From assembly GCA_013203725.1 (NCBI GenBank), contig JABMPK010000003.1:1-30440 (forward strand): a stretch of 30,440 bases of DNA. Direction: 5' to 3'. Under the pieces are notes generated by a model. That model saw only the letters and a list, made by a program, of their open reading frames with translations. It was not told the origin of the DNA and made no database searches. This DNA is from Candidatus Uhrbacteria bacterium. Lineage in GTDB: Bacteria > Patescibacteriota > Patescibacteriia > UBA9934 > UBA11717. Both the position numbers and the translations under genes were made by a program. Below are positions 17,652 through 26,515 of this stretch, piece after piece (position 1 is the stretch's first letter; every line of letters starts with the position of its first letter).

Positions 17652-17732
17652 GATGCGATGTCAGAGATTCGTTTCTCAGCCATTCAAATAAAAGCGCCCG
17701 CACGTACGCGGGCTGAGTGTTCGGTCTTCCTG

Positions 17733-18425
17733 CTACCTCTTGATGACGCCGATCTCGGTCGTCTTCGGGCCGCCGCTCTTGCGACGAGACTTGGCCTTGG
17801 CCAGCATCTGCTGCTTGGCCTGGAACTTCAGAGCGCTCACGCACGCATCCATGAGCGCGAACTCGAGGAAGAGGCTGAGCGGCCCCTCCTCGCTGACGCT
17901 GCGCAGTGTCTCTGCGGTGATTTCAGCGAGCATCTCGTAGTGCAGATCACCGCGGACTTCGCTGTGCGCCTGCGTTCTGATCTTCGCAACGTTGAGCGTT
18001 GTCAGAACCGCCTTTCGAGCGATGTGCCCCAACTGCTGCCATTCCTCAGCTGCCGTTGCTGGCGTGACCCCGTCGGGAAGAGTGACGAGATCGCCCATCA
18101 CGGCTGCAACAGCTGCGTTCGCCAGAACCGTTGCCTGCGCGAATCGCTCCAGCATGACCGCGTTGCCGGCCATGAACTGTGTGAGGTACCGGTCGAGCTC
18201 TTCGGAGATCTGGAATTCGAGAACGCCCGCTGCGCCCACGATCATCGTGTCCTTGTCGCGCTCGCCATTCCTGAAGTGCGCGCGCATGCGGGCAATCAGG
18301 TCATCTTCCGGGACCACCTTCCTGAGATCAGGCGTATTCACCCGAATCACCAGTCGTAGGGCCCCTCCTCCTCGCGTACATCTTGCCGTCCACGACTGCA
18401 GACGTTCAACCCTGGTAAGTTTCAT
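17733..18425 (-). CDS. GC-rich hypothetical protein (ORFan islet)
   Basis: GAGGAG SD before ATG 18425; TTGGCA-17-TAGGTT promoter; terminator GCCCGC-N6-GCGGGC near 17693-17712. Confidence 0.75.
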   Translation of the reverse strand: MKLTRVERLQSWTARCTRGGGALRLVIRVNTPDLRKVVPEDDLIARMRAHFRNGERDKDTMIVGAAGVLEFQISEELDRYLTQFMAGNAVMLERFAQATVLANAAVAAVMGDLVTLPDGVTPATAAEEWQQLGHIARKAVLTTLNVAKIRTQAHSEVRGDLHYEMLAEITAETLRSVSEEGPLSLFLEFALMDACVSALKFQAKQQMLAKAKSRRKSGGPKTTEIGVIKR

Positions 18426-18541
18426 GCGCTCTCCTCTGTTTGTGTCTGAAAGCAACCTAGCATAAACCGAGTATTTTGCCAACCTTGCATAATCTTCACC
18501 ACGAGTTTATACTGCAAACATACTTACTTATCCATATTCCT

Positions 18542-18985
18542 ATGAACAAAGCAGAATTGGCAGCACGCATCGCTGAGCGACTTGGTCTTACCAAGAAACA
18601 GGGTGAGGACATTGTTGAGTCATTCACGTCTATTGTGACTGAACAGCTTTCAGAGCAAGAAGAAGTTACTATCGCTGGCTTCGGAACATTCTCGTCGCGC
18701 ATACGTGCGGCACGCATGGGTGTAAATCCTCAGAAGCCGTCAGAGCGTATTCATGTACCAGAAGTATTGGTACCAAAGTTTAAAGCAGGGAAGGCATTGA
18801 AGGACGCATTGAAGGCTGCGCAAAAAAGTAATGCGCCTGCAGTAGCTGTGAAAGAAAAGGAAGAACTAGAGGAGTTGGCGTATCCTGCAAAGTCAGTTCC
18901 TGCAAGCCCACCGCAAGACAGTACAATGCCATCACAAGTGGATCGACCACATGGCGAGGATAGTAATCCCCGGATCCAAGAATAA
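18542..18985 (+). CDS. hup: HU family DNA-binding protein with C-terminal extension
   Basis: MNKAEL, VTIAGFGTF, GVNPQ, PKFKAGKALKD; promoter TTGCAT(18485)-17-TATACT. Confidence 0.93.
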   Translation: MNKAELAARIAERLGLTKKQGEDIVESFTSIVTEQLSEQEEVTIAGFGTFSSRIRAARMGVNPQKPSERIHVPEVLVPKFKAGKALKDALKAAQKSNAPAVAVKEKEELEELAYPAKSVPASPPQDSTMPSQVDRPHGEDSNPRIQE

Positions 18986-19058
18986 ACAAAAACGAGCTCG
19001 CAAGGGCTAGTTTTTTTGACCTCACAATATGGACGGCCGTCTATATTGTGAGATTGTT
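18985..19058. repeat. 74-bp direct repeat copy 1 (terminator + 32-bp palindrome)
   Basis: Matches 19441-19513 apart from one substitution and one T. Confidence 0.93.
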
Positions 19059-19108
19059 ATTATAGGTAAGTTTTGTATTAGGCATTAGACCTTATACTAT
19101 ATGGACGT

Positions 19109-19402
19109 ATGGCAGACGTATCAACAAATGAAATCATGGAGTTTCTAAACAAACACATGGTTACTAAAGAAGACCATGATCAAGGGCTCAAGGAAGGCGC
19201 TGGCAATCTACGTGATAGTGAGCTAAGGATGCTCGATCACATGGATGAGAAGTTAGCGGATCTTAAGGGTGATCTTGTTGTTATGATGCGCAAGGAAGAC
19301 AAAAAATTGTCTGCACTTATTGAATTACTTGAGAAGAAGCATGTTATCGATGAGCAGGAAGCGAGCGAAATATTGCAACTTCAGCCATTCCCTCAGAGAT
19401 AG
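19109..19402 (+). CDS. Hypothetical coiled-coil protein (97 aa)
   Basis: Clean ORF between the two direct repeats; TATACT 10 nt upstream. Confidence 0.8.
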   Translation: MADVSTNEIMEFLNKHMVTKEDHDQGLKEGAGNLRDSELRMLDHMDEKLADLKGDLVVMMRKEDKKLSALIELLEKKHVIDEQEASEILQLQPFPQR

Positions 19403-19440
19403 CCGTGATCCATTGAACCTACTGACTGTTCTTTGTAGAT

Positions 19441-19513
19441 AACAAAAACGAGCTCGCAAGGGCTCGTTTTTTGACCTCACAATATGGACGGCCGTCTATA
19501 TTGTGAGATTGTT
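19441..19513. repeat. 73-bp direct repeat copy 2 (terminator + 32-bp palindrome)
   Basis: AAAAACGAGC-TCGCAAGG-GCTCGTTTTT then CTCACAATATGGACGGCCGTCTATATTGTGAG. Confidence 0.93.
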
Positions 19514-19532
19514 TGCTGCTGGAAATTGTTGA

Positions 19533-21062
19533 CTACCGTGCGTATTCTGTTACGCGCGTTTCTCGAATCAACGTAACCTTGATCTCTCCAGGATAACGAA
19601 GTTCACTTTCGATTTTTGATGCGATGTTTTTCGCAAGATTGTAAGCGCTCAAGTCGTCGATCACTTGCGGCTTAACAAATACGCGAATCTCCCGTCCTGC
19701 CTGAATTGCGTATGCCTTTTCTACACCTTCAAACTCAGTAGCCGTTTTCTCCAACTCCTCGAGTCGCTGAATGTACTGCTCTAAAGTGTTCTTTCGTGCA
19801 CCTGGACGTGCGCCAGACAATGCGTCCGCAGTTTTTACAATCACAGCTTCAAGCGTCTTTGGCTTGTCTACATGATGGCCAATTGACTGATACGCAATCT
19901 CTTCTGGGAAGCCAAACTTTTTCATGATGTTGTAACCGATTTCTGGATGCGACCCTTGCATGTCGTGGTCAACGGCTTTCCCGATATCGTGGAACAATCC
20001 ACCTTTTGTACAAACATGCACATCAGCGCCAAGCTCTTCTGCGAGCATTCGCGCGATCGTTGCAACTTCCATTGCGTGCTGAAGTTGGTTTTGTCCGTAA
20101 CTGGTTCGATACTTCAATCGTCCCAAGATCTGTATCAACTTTGGATCGATTGATGACAACGGGATTCCAAGTTCCGTCAGAGCACCTTCTCCGGCCTTCT
20201 TCATTTCAATTGCGAGCTCCTTCTTTGATGTTTCAATAGCTTCTTCAATACGTGCTGGTTGAATGCGTCCGTCCTTCACTAGAATCTCAATCGCACGTTT
20301 TGCAACCTGTCGGCGGATAGGGGAGAAAGAAGAGATCGTAACAGCCTGCGGAGTATCGTCAACGATGATTTCAGTTCCTGTCTGCATCTCAATCGCGCGA
20401 ATGTTTCGCCCCTCTTTTCCAATAATGCGCCCCTTCATCTCGTCTGAAGGGAGCTGAACACTAGATGTAGTCGTCTCTGAAGCGTGTCCAGAGGCGTACC
20501 GCTCAACAACGAGCGACAGCATTTTCTTTGCACGTCTGTCTAACTCGTCGTCGACCGAATCTTCTAACTTTCGTATACGGCTCACAAGAACATCCTCGCT
20601 GTCTTTTTCTACACGCAAGAGTAGTTCCTCGAGTGCTTTCTCCTGTGGCATTCCAGCGATCTCCTCAAGCTTCAACTCAGCCTCTAGACCAAGCTCTTCT
20701 AGTCGAGACTTGATCTTTCGTAGTCGGTCCTTCTCGTCTTCAAGCGCCTTGTTGTTGGACTCGAGTTCTAGAAGTTGTTTGTCGAATGCGTTCTCTCGCG
20801 ACTCAAGACGATCTTGTAATTTCTTGAGTTCACCTCTACGTTCCTTCTCTTCGTTCTTTGCCTCGTCTATGACTTTTATTGACTTCTCCTTTGCATGGAG
20901 CAAGATTTCTTGTTCCTTCTGCTTGGCGGTTGCAAGGATTTTTTCCGCCTCTGCCTCCGCATTGTTTGAACGCGTTTTCGCTCTTTGATCACGTACGTAT
21001 ACGCCAAGAGCAGCCCCGGATACGAGACCGATTATGAGTGTTACTATTTGTATTGTTGGCAT
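19533..21062 (-). CDS. rny: Ribonuclease Y
   Basis: N-terminal TM, coiled coil, KH (KGRIIGKEGRNIR), HD (HDIGKA), C-terminal IRETRVTEYAR. Confidence 0.97.
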   Translation of the reverse strand: MPTIQIVTLIIGLVSGAALGVYVRDQRAKTRSNNAEAEAEKILATAKQKEQEILLHAKEKSIKVIDEAKNEEKERRGELKKLQDRLESRENAFDKQLLELESNNKALEDEKDRLRKIKSRLEELGLEAELKLEEIAGMPQEKALEELLLRVEKDSEDVLVSRIRKLEDSVDDELDRRAKKMLSLVVERYASGHASETTTSSVQLPSDEMKGRIIGKEGRNIRAIEMQTGTEIIVDDTPQAVTISSFSPIRRQVAKRAIEILVKDGRIQPARIEEAIETSKKELAIEMKKAGEGALTELGIPLSSIDPKLIQILGRLKYRTSYGQNQLQHAMEVATIARMLAEELGADVHVCTKGGLFHDIGKAVDHDMQGSHPEIGYNIMKKFGFPEEIAYQSIGHHVDKPKTLEAVIVKTADALSGARPGARKNTLEQYIQRLEELEKTATEFEGVEKAYAIQAGREIRVFVKPQVIDDLSAYNLAKNIASKIESELRYPGEIKVTLIRETRVTEYAR

Positions 21063-21239
21063 AGTTCAAGCAAAGCCTGAACGAAACGCAAAACAAGAGA
21101 CCGAGTCCCTTATTCAATATGCACGCCTTTACTCTGTGCAATTAAGCTAATCCTTGAGGAAAAATTTATATATACATCCCTCATAATCATTTTCGCGTTG
21201 AATTCAGAACTTCCAATTTCTTTATGAGTATCTACAAAG

Positions 21240-21302
21240 AAGATACGCCGATATAGTGATTGTGTCAACGATATTGACACAAAGAGAATTTTGCGATCTA
21301 AT
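21240..21302. promoter_or_regulatory. Back-to-back divergent sigma70 promoters
   Basis: Plus: TTGACA(21274)-17-TCTAAT. Minus: TTGACA(21268)-17-TATCTT. Confidence 0.65.
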
Positions 21303-21322
21303 AGGGCTAGAAGGAGGAAGCA

Positions 21323-21649
21323 ATGGAAGAGATCTTCGGTATGGAGCCCGGTACGGTGGCAGTATTCGTTTGCATCCTAGCGGTTCTTGGCGTGTTTTCG
21401 TTCTTCGCTCTCGCGGCACTCAAGCAGAGACGCGCTGAACGGCAGTGGCACGCACAGCTCGCGCAGTCGGAGCGTTCGGCGGCGTGGGACAAGGCTGAGC
21501 AGGACAGAGAAGAGAGAGAACGAGAAGAACATGAATCAGTTGGTACTCGTGAGGCTGATGCGGTGAACGGGCGTTGCCCGCGCGGACGAGCGAAGCCACG
21601 ACGCCACCTACGTGTGGTGCGAGACAATGAAGGGGAGGACTCGGAATGA
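21323..21649 (+). CDS. GC-rich hypothetical single-pass membrane protein
   Basis: AAGGAGG SD; TM helix then a charged tail. Confidence 0.75.
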   Translation: MEEIFGMEPGTVAVFVCILAVLGVFSFFALAALKQRRAERQWHAQLAQSERSAAWDKAEQDREEREREEHESVGTREADAVNGRCPRGRAKPRRHLRVVRDNEGEDSE

Positions 21650-21855
21650 TCCGTATCAAAGCAGTTTGTGAGTGGTTCAACACGCCTTACTACAACGGAG
21701 TGTGGTTTGAGCCCAAGCCGTGGCAATCAGTCATGTTCACGCTTTTCCTGATCATGATCTGTTGCGCGGTTACCCTGGTGATCTGGGAGATCGTAGACAG
21801 TCACAGCTTCAGCGTGGGATTTGTCGAGTCAGTCGTCAAGTTCATCATCTACTAG
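21646..21855 (+). CDS. Small hypothetical membrane protein
   Basis: ATGA overlap with the upstream ORF, GGAGG SD, hydrophobic C-terminal half, hairpin plus T-run after the stop. Confidence 0.7.
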   Translation: MIRIKAVCEWFNTPYYNGVWFEPKPWQSVMFTLFLIMICCAVTLVIWEIVDSHSFSVGFVESVVKFIIY

Positions 21856-21920
21856 ACGGGCCCTCTGGGCTCCGTTTTTTTATACAACACAAAACCGAGC
21901 CACTCTGGCTCGGCGTTTTT

Positions 21921-22607
21921 TTATTTTAGAAGTAAGCTTTCCCAATTTTCACTCGTAACTTCTTCTATCTTGTGCGCGTCTTTTATATCGAAGTTTCCGA
22001 TCGTAGTTCGTCGAAGTGCGGTGACGTAAGCGCCGGTCTTGAGTAACTCTCCAAGATCCCGCGCTATCGCTCGGACGTATGTGCCACTTCCAACGTTCAT
22101 CGTGACATCTAGCGTTGGAGGTTCGTAGGAGACGAGTGTCAGCTCATACACTGTGACATCGCGTAATGGGCGATCGATTTCTTTTCCTTGTCGAGCAAGC
22201 TCGTACAGTTTCCGGCCACCGATCTTGATTGCCGAATGCATTGGTGGAAGCTGTTTGATGTCGCCTATGAACGAGCTCAAAGCGTGCTCGATCTCATCCT
22301 TACTTGGAAAACTTGTGATCTTGTTGTCTGTGATCTCGCCCTCAGGATCTTGTGTTGTACTTGTCCGGCCGAGCTCGAAAGTAGAATCGTATCGTTTCTC
22401 TTTCTTAACGTATTGATCAATTTGAGTAGTGTCGCCTTTACCAACAGCCACGACTAGCAGACCTGTTGCAAAAGGATCCAGCGTTCCGGCGTGCCCGATC
22501 TTCTTGACACCTGTGATTCCGCGCAACTTAGCCACAACGTCAAAACTAGTCCACCCGGCGTGCTTGTCTATGAGTAGGAATCCAAAGGTTGGGAGGTTGG
22601 TGTTCAT
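21921..22607 (-). CDS. truB: tRNA pseudouridine(55) synthase
   Basis: GHAGTLDPFATG, PPMHSAIKIGG, GSGTYVRA. Confidence 0.97.
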   Translation of the reverse strand: MNTNLPTFGFLLIDKHAGWTSFDVVAKLRGITGVKKIGHAGTLDPFATGLLVVAVGKGDTTQIDQYVKKEKRYDSTFELGRTSTTQDPEGEITDNKITSFPSKDEIEHALSSFIGDIKQLPPMHSAIKIGGRKLYELARQGKEIDRPLRDVTVYELTLVSYEPPTLDVTMNVGSGTYVRAIARDLGELLKTGAYVTALRRTTIGNFDIKDAHKIEEVTSENWESLLLK

Positions 22608-22663
22608 GGGGAGAAACTACCATTGTGAAGTGGTTTTGTCATGTAGTCGATCGCTGTGCGTGT

Positions 22664-22775
22664 AATTCACAAGTTCCAAGGACAAATGTCCAATGAAGTT
22701 CCAATTACCAAGTTTATCAATCGCGTCGCCCCTTGGGCATTGATCATTCATTGGATGTTGGAATTTTGTAATTGG
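22664..22775. repeat. Heptamer-periodic hairpin repeat, family A copy 2
   Basis: Shares AATTCACAAGTTCC, GACAAATGTCC.ATGAAGTTCCAAT, CGTCGC.CCTTGGGC and TTTGTAATTGG with 12336-12470. Confidence 0.85.
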
Positions 22776-22861
22776 AACCTGAATTTCGATACATTATTGC
22801 TCGCTAACGTGATTGATCGCCTAAAGTCACTAATATGTATACGCTCGATTAACCCTATTCT

Positions 22862-22890
22862 TTGACAGAAACGCTAGAATCGACTAGAGT
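22862..22890 (+). promoter_or_regulatory. Sigma70 promoter of infB
   Basis: TTGACA-17-TAGAGT. Confidence 0.7.
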
Positions 22891-22908
22891 AAGGCCATTA
22901 TTAGGTTA

Positions 22909-23014
22909 TTGGTTCACGTTGTTTGGTTCATGGTTCATGGTTCTCGGTCCTAGATCAGGTCCCATGAACCATTAACCATCAACCATGAACTTCCCGAGCC
23001 ATCAACCATGAACC
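22909..23014. repeat. TGGTTCA/TGAACCA heptamer hairpin repeat, family B copy 1
   Basis: Tandem TGGTTCA-like units followed by tandem AACCATG/AACCATC units, in the infB 5' UTR. Confidence 0.85.
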
Positions 23015-23024
23015 CGCTCCCGCC

Positions 23025-25049
23025 ATGTCTATCAACGTTACACATCTTGCCCGACGCCTTCGCGTGCCTACTAAAGAACTTCTGGAAAAGCTTCCGGAGC
23101 TTGGTTTTTCGCTTGGAAAACGTGCGATTAAAGTGAACGACCGCGAGGCTGCGGCTATTCAGCGTGCGTGGGGAGATATGAAGCGTAAGGAGGCGGTTCA
23201 GAAGAGGCACAAAGAACAGCAAGATCGTGAAGAGCGTAGAGTTAAGCGTTTGGAAGAGACTAAGGATAACGCAATCGAACTTCCTAGCTTGATGACCGTG
23301 CGAGCGTTTGCCGAATTACTAGAGCTTCCAGTTACAAGTGTGATTCAGGAGTTGATGCGAGCAGGAGTACTTGCGAACATGAACCAGAATATCGATTTTG
23401 AAACAGCTGCGATTGTAGCTGGTGATATGGGGTTCCACGTTACAAATGTGGATGATGTTCGTGATGATGTGCAGGATCAAGAACTCGATCGTATACAGCA
23501 GGTGTTGTCTGAAGACAAAGGAGCTGTGCGCGCTCCGGTTGTTGTTGTTATGGGTCACGTTGACCATGGTAAAACACGACTACTGGACGCTATCCGAAAA
23601 ACTCACATCATAGATACTGAGTCTGGCGGAATCACGCAGCACATTGGTGCATACCAAGCAGAGCGCAATGGTCAGGAGATTACATTCATCGACACTCCGG
23701 GACACGAAGCGTTTACAGTTATGCGATCGCGTGGAGCGAAGGTAGCAGATATTGCGATCCTTGTTGTAGCAGCGGACGACGGTGTTCAGCCACAAACAAA
23801 AGAAGCTATCGACATTATCAAGGCGTCAAAGATGCCAATGATTGTTGCGATTAACAAGATCGACGTAGCTGGTGCTGATATTGAGAAAGTTAAACGTGAA
23901 CTTGCGGACTTGAATTTAAGCCCTGAGGAATGGGGTGGCAGTACAATCATGGTTCCAATTTCTGCAAAGAAGGAAGAGGGGATCGATGCTTTGCTGGATG
24001 CCTTGTTGCTCGTTTTTGATGTAGAGAAAGATAAAATTACAGCAAACCCAGATCGAACAGCCATTGGAACTATCATCGAGTCGCACGTCGACAAAGGTGC
24101 AGGTCCGGTTGCAACTGTTTTGATTCAGAGCGGAACACTGCACGCTAGTGACACGCTTGGTGTTCGTGGTGAGAACTACGGAAAGGTTCGTGCTATGCAG
24201 AATTATCTTGGAGCACGTATCAAGGAAGCTGGTCCATCTGTCCCTGTTCAGATTTTGGGATGGAAGGTGACACCGGTAGTTGGAGATATCATGGAAGTTG
24301 CGAATGCCAAGGATTTAGTGATGACTTCGAAGTCAAGAATGAATAGCGCATCTATGAACGCTGTATCCGCAGCAGCGGTTCAGAGAGTAGAGTCTGACGA
24401 TCCTAATGGAGGAAAGAAAGTTTTGAATATTATTTTGAAAGCCGACGTACTTGGATCTATCGAGGCGATCTTGGGACTGTTCGACAAAGTTAAGCATGAT
24501 GACGTTGGAATACAGGTAGTGCACAAGGCGCTTGGAAACGTGACAGAAGCAGATATCGCAAGAGCAGAAGGTACGAGTGCTATCGTTGTTGGTTTCCATG
24601 TGAAGTTGCCGGGCAAGGTTGAGGTATTGGCACGAGAAAAGGGAGTGGACGTGACTCAGTACGATATCATCTACAAACTATTCGAAGACGTTGTAAAACG
24701 ATTGCAAGGAATGTTGAGCGATGAAGTCATCATCAAAGAAATTGGAAAGTTAGAAGTGCTCGCGATCTTCTCGAAGGTCGACAATGGAATGGTCATTGGT
24801 GGAAACGTTACCGAAGGTCGTATCGAAGCAAAATCAAAGTTACGCATATGGCGCGACGGCGAGCTTATTGGAGATGGTGATGTTGGCGACCTTCGTTCTG
24901 GCAAAGAATCTGTTAAAGATGTTGAGAAGGGAACTCAGTGTGGTATTCAGTACGTTGGAAAGACCAAGATTGAAGAGGGTGATATTTTGGAAGCGTACAT
25001 TGAAGAAAGTATTGCAAAAAAATTAGTTATTGAAGGAGCTAACGCGTAA
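23025..25049 (+). CDS. infB: Translation initiation factor IF-2
   Basis: [30 protein letters not shown]. Confidence 0.98.
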   Translation: MSINVTHLARRLRVPTKELLEKLPELGFSLGKRAIKVNDREAAAIQRAWGDMKRKEAVQKRHKEQQDREERRVKRLEETKDNAIELPSLMTVRAFAELLELPVTSVIQELMRAGVLANMNQNIDFETAAIVAGDMGFHVTNVDDVRDDVQDQELDRIQQVLSEDKGAVRAPVVVVMGHVDHGKTRLLDAIRKTHIIDTESGGITQHIGAYQAERNGQEITFIDTPGHEAFTVMRSRGAKVADIAILVVAADDGVQPQTKEAIDIIKASKMPMIVAINKIDVAGADIEKVKRELADLNLSPEEWGGSTIMVPISAKKEEGIDALLDALLLVFDVEKDKITANPDRTAIGTIIESHVDKGAGPVATVLIQSGTLHASDTLGVRGENYGKVRAMQNYLGARIKEAGPSVPVQILGWKVTPVVGDIMEVANAKDLVMTSKSRMNSASMNAVSAAAVQRVESDDPNGGKKVLNIILKADVLGSIEAILGLFDKVKHDDVGIQVVHKALGNVTEADIARAEGTSAIVVGFHVKLPGKVEVLAREKGVDVTQYDIIYKLFEDVVKRLQGMLSDEVIIKEIGKLEVLAIFSKVDNGMVIGGNVTEGRIEAKSKLRIWRDGELIGDGDVGDLRSGKESVKDVEKGTQCGIQYVGKTKIEEGDILEAYIEESIAKKLVIEGANA

Positions 25050-25057
25050 GAGGGTCG

Positions 25058-25123
25058 GTGCATGGTTGATGGTTCATAGTGCATGAGATCTCTCTGGAAC
25101 CATGAACCGAGAACCATCAACCA
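25058..25123. repeat. Heptamer hairpin repeat, family B copy 2
   Basis: CATGGTTGATGGTTCA ... GAACCATGAACCGAGAACCATCAACCA, directly after the infB stop. Confidence 0.85.
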
Positions 25124-25150
25124 AAAACTAGATCCGTGCGATCTAGTTTT
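25124..25150 (+). terminator. Intrinsic terminator of infB
   Basis: AAAACTAGATC-CGTGC-GATCTAGTTTT. Confidence 0.88.
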
Positions 25151-25255
25151 TTCTTGCATCACGCCGGATTCCCAATTATTGAACTTTCTGATAAAATCCG
25201 ACAACGAGGCTCCGTTAGTTCGTCCTCTGGAACTCATTTTTAATCTATATTGTAT

Positions 25256-25564
25256 ATGGATCTTAGCAAAGAGAATTTTGATCAGACGGTAACGGAATCA
25301 GACGGCGTTGTGCTTGTTGATTTTTGGGCGCCTTGGTGTGGTCCTTGCAAGATGATGGCGCCAGTAGTGGACGAAGTAGATGGTGAAGTAGAAAAGTTGA
25401 CTGTAGGTAAGGTGAATGTGGACGACAACCAGGAACTTGCAATGCAGTACAACGTTCTTTCAATTCCAACGTTTGTAATATTCAAAGGTGGTCAGGTAGT
25501 TGACCAGTTTTCTGGATCAATGGGTAAAGAGGCTTTAAAGGAACGTGTTACAAAACATCTTTAA
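25256..25564 (+). CDS. trxA: Thioredoxin
   Basis: DFWAPWCGPCK, SIPT. Confidence 0.97.
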   Translation: MDLSKENFDQTVTESDGVVLVDFWAPWCGPCKMMAPVVDEVDGEVEKLTVGKVNVDDNQELAMQYNVLSIPTFVIFKGGQVVDQFSGSMGKEALKERVTKHL

Positions 25565-25565
25565 T

Positions 25566-26483
25566 ATGCGTGATGTTGTTATCTTGGGTTCAGGCCCCGC
25601 AGGTTTAACGGCGGCGATTTATGCGGCACGCGCTGACATGAAGCCACTTGTTGTACACGGACCACAACCTGGAGGGCAACTGACGATTACAACCGAGGTA
25701 GACAATTGGCCAGGATTCGAGAATGGGATCATGGGGCCAGAGCTCATGGAAGAGATGAAAAAGCAGGCTGCTCGGTTTGGTACAGAGTATAAAGAAGGCT
25801 GGGTAGAAAAGGTGGATCTTTCTGCAGAGAAAAAGACACTTACGTTCTCGGACGGATCGACCTTGGACACAAAAGCGTTGATCGTGACGACAGGCGCGTC
25901 TGCAATGTGGCTCGGCATTCCCGGAGAGCAGGAGTTTCAAGGTAAGGGAGTGAGTGCGTGTGCTACATGCGACGGTTTCTTTTTCCGCGACAAGAAAGTT
26001 GTTGTTGTGGGTGGGGGAGACACTGCTTTAGAAGAGGCGACATTCTTGACCAAGTTTGCGGGCGAGGTTGTGATGTTAGTGCGACGTGATGAGTTTAGGG
26101 GCTCAAAGGCTATGCAAGCTAAGGCTCGCGCAAACGACAAGATTACGATCATGTGGAATACATCTGCGAAAGAGATCGTAGGTGACGGAAAAGTTACTGG
26201 CGTGAAGCTTGTTAACAATCAGACAAAGGAGGAGAGTGAAATTGAGGCAGACGGTTTCTTTGTAGCAATTGGTCACAAGCCAAACACAGATTTGTTCAAA
26301 GGACAGTTGGACATGTTGGACAGTGGGTATCTGACGATAGCCGAGCCGTTCACAACTAAGACAAAGGTCCCGGGAGTTTTTGCCGCGGGAGACGTAGCAG
26401 ACCATGTGTACCGCCAAGCGGTAACGGCTGCAGGTACTGGGTGCATGGCAGCGTTGGATGCAGAACGTTGGTTAGAGGAATAA
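25566..26483 (+). CDS. trxB: Thioredoxin-disulfide reductase
   Basis: GSGPAG, CATCDG, GGGDTA, AAGDV, YRQAVTAAG. Confidence 0.98.
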   Translation: MRDVVILGSGPAGLTAAIYAARADMKPLVVHGPQPGGQLTITTEVDNWPGFENGIMGPELMEEMKKQAARFGTEYKEGWVEKVDLSAEKKTLTFSDGSTLDTKALIVTTGASAMWLGIPGEQEFQGKGVSACATCDGFFFRDKKVVVVGGGDTALEEATFLTKFAGEVVMLVRRDEFRGSKAMQAKARANDKITIMWNTSAKEIVGDGKVTGVKLVNNQTKEESEIEADGFFVAIGHKPNTDLFKGQLDMLDSGYLTIAEPFTTKTKVPGVFAAGDVADHVYRQAVTAAGTGCMAALDAERWLEE

Positions 26484-26515
26484 AAAAAACGCGAGCCCCG
26501 TACGGGCTCGTTTTT
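26484..26515. terminator. Bidirectional intrinsic terminator
   Basis: CGAGCCC-CGTAC-GGGCTCG with A and T runs between convergent genes. Confidence 0.85.

Noticed and set aside
17607-18359. 250-aa plus-strand ORF
   Set aside because: Antisense shadow of the SD-led ORF 17733-18425; it starts beside the palindrome without an SD.
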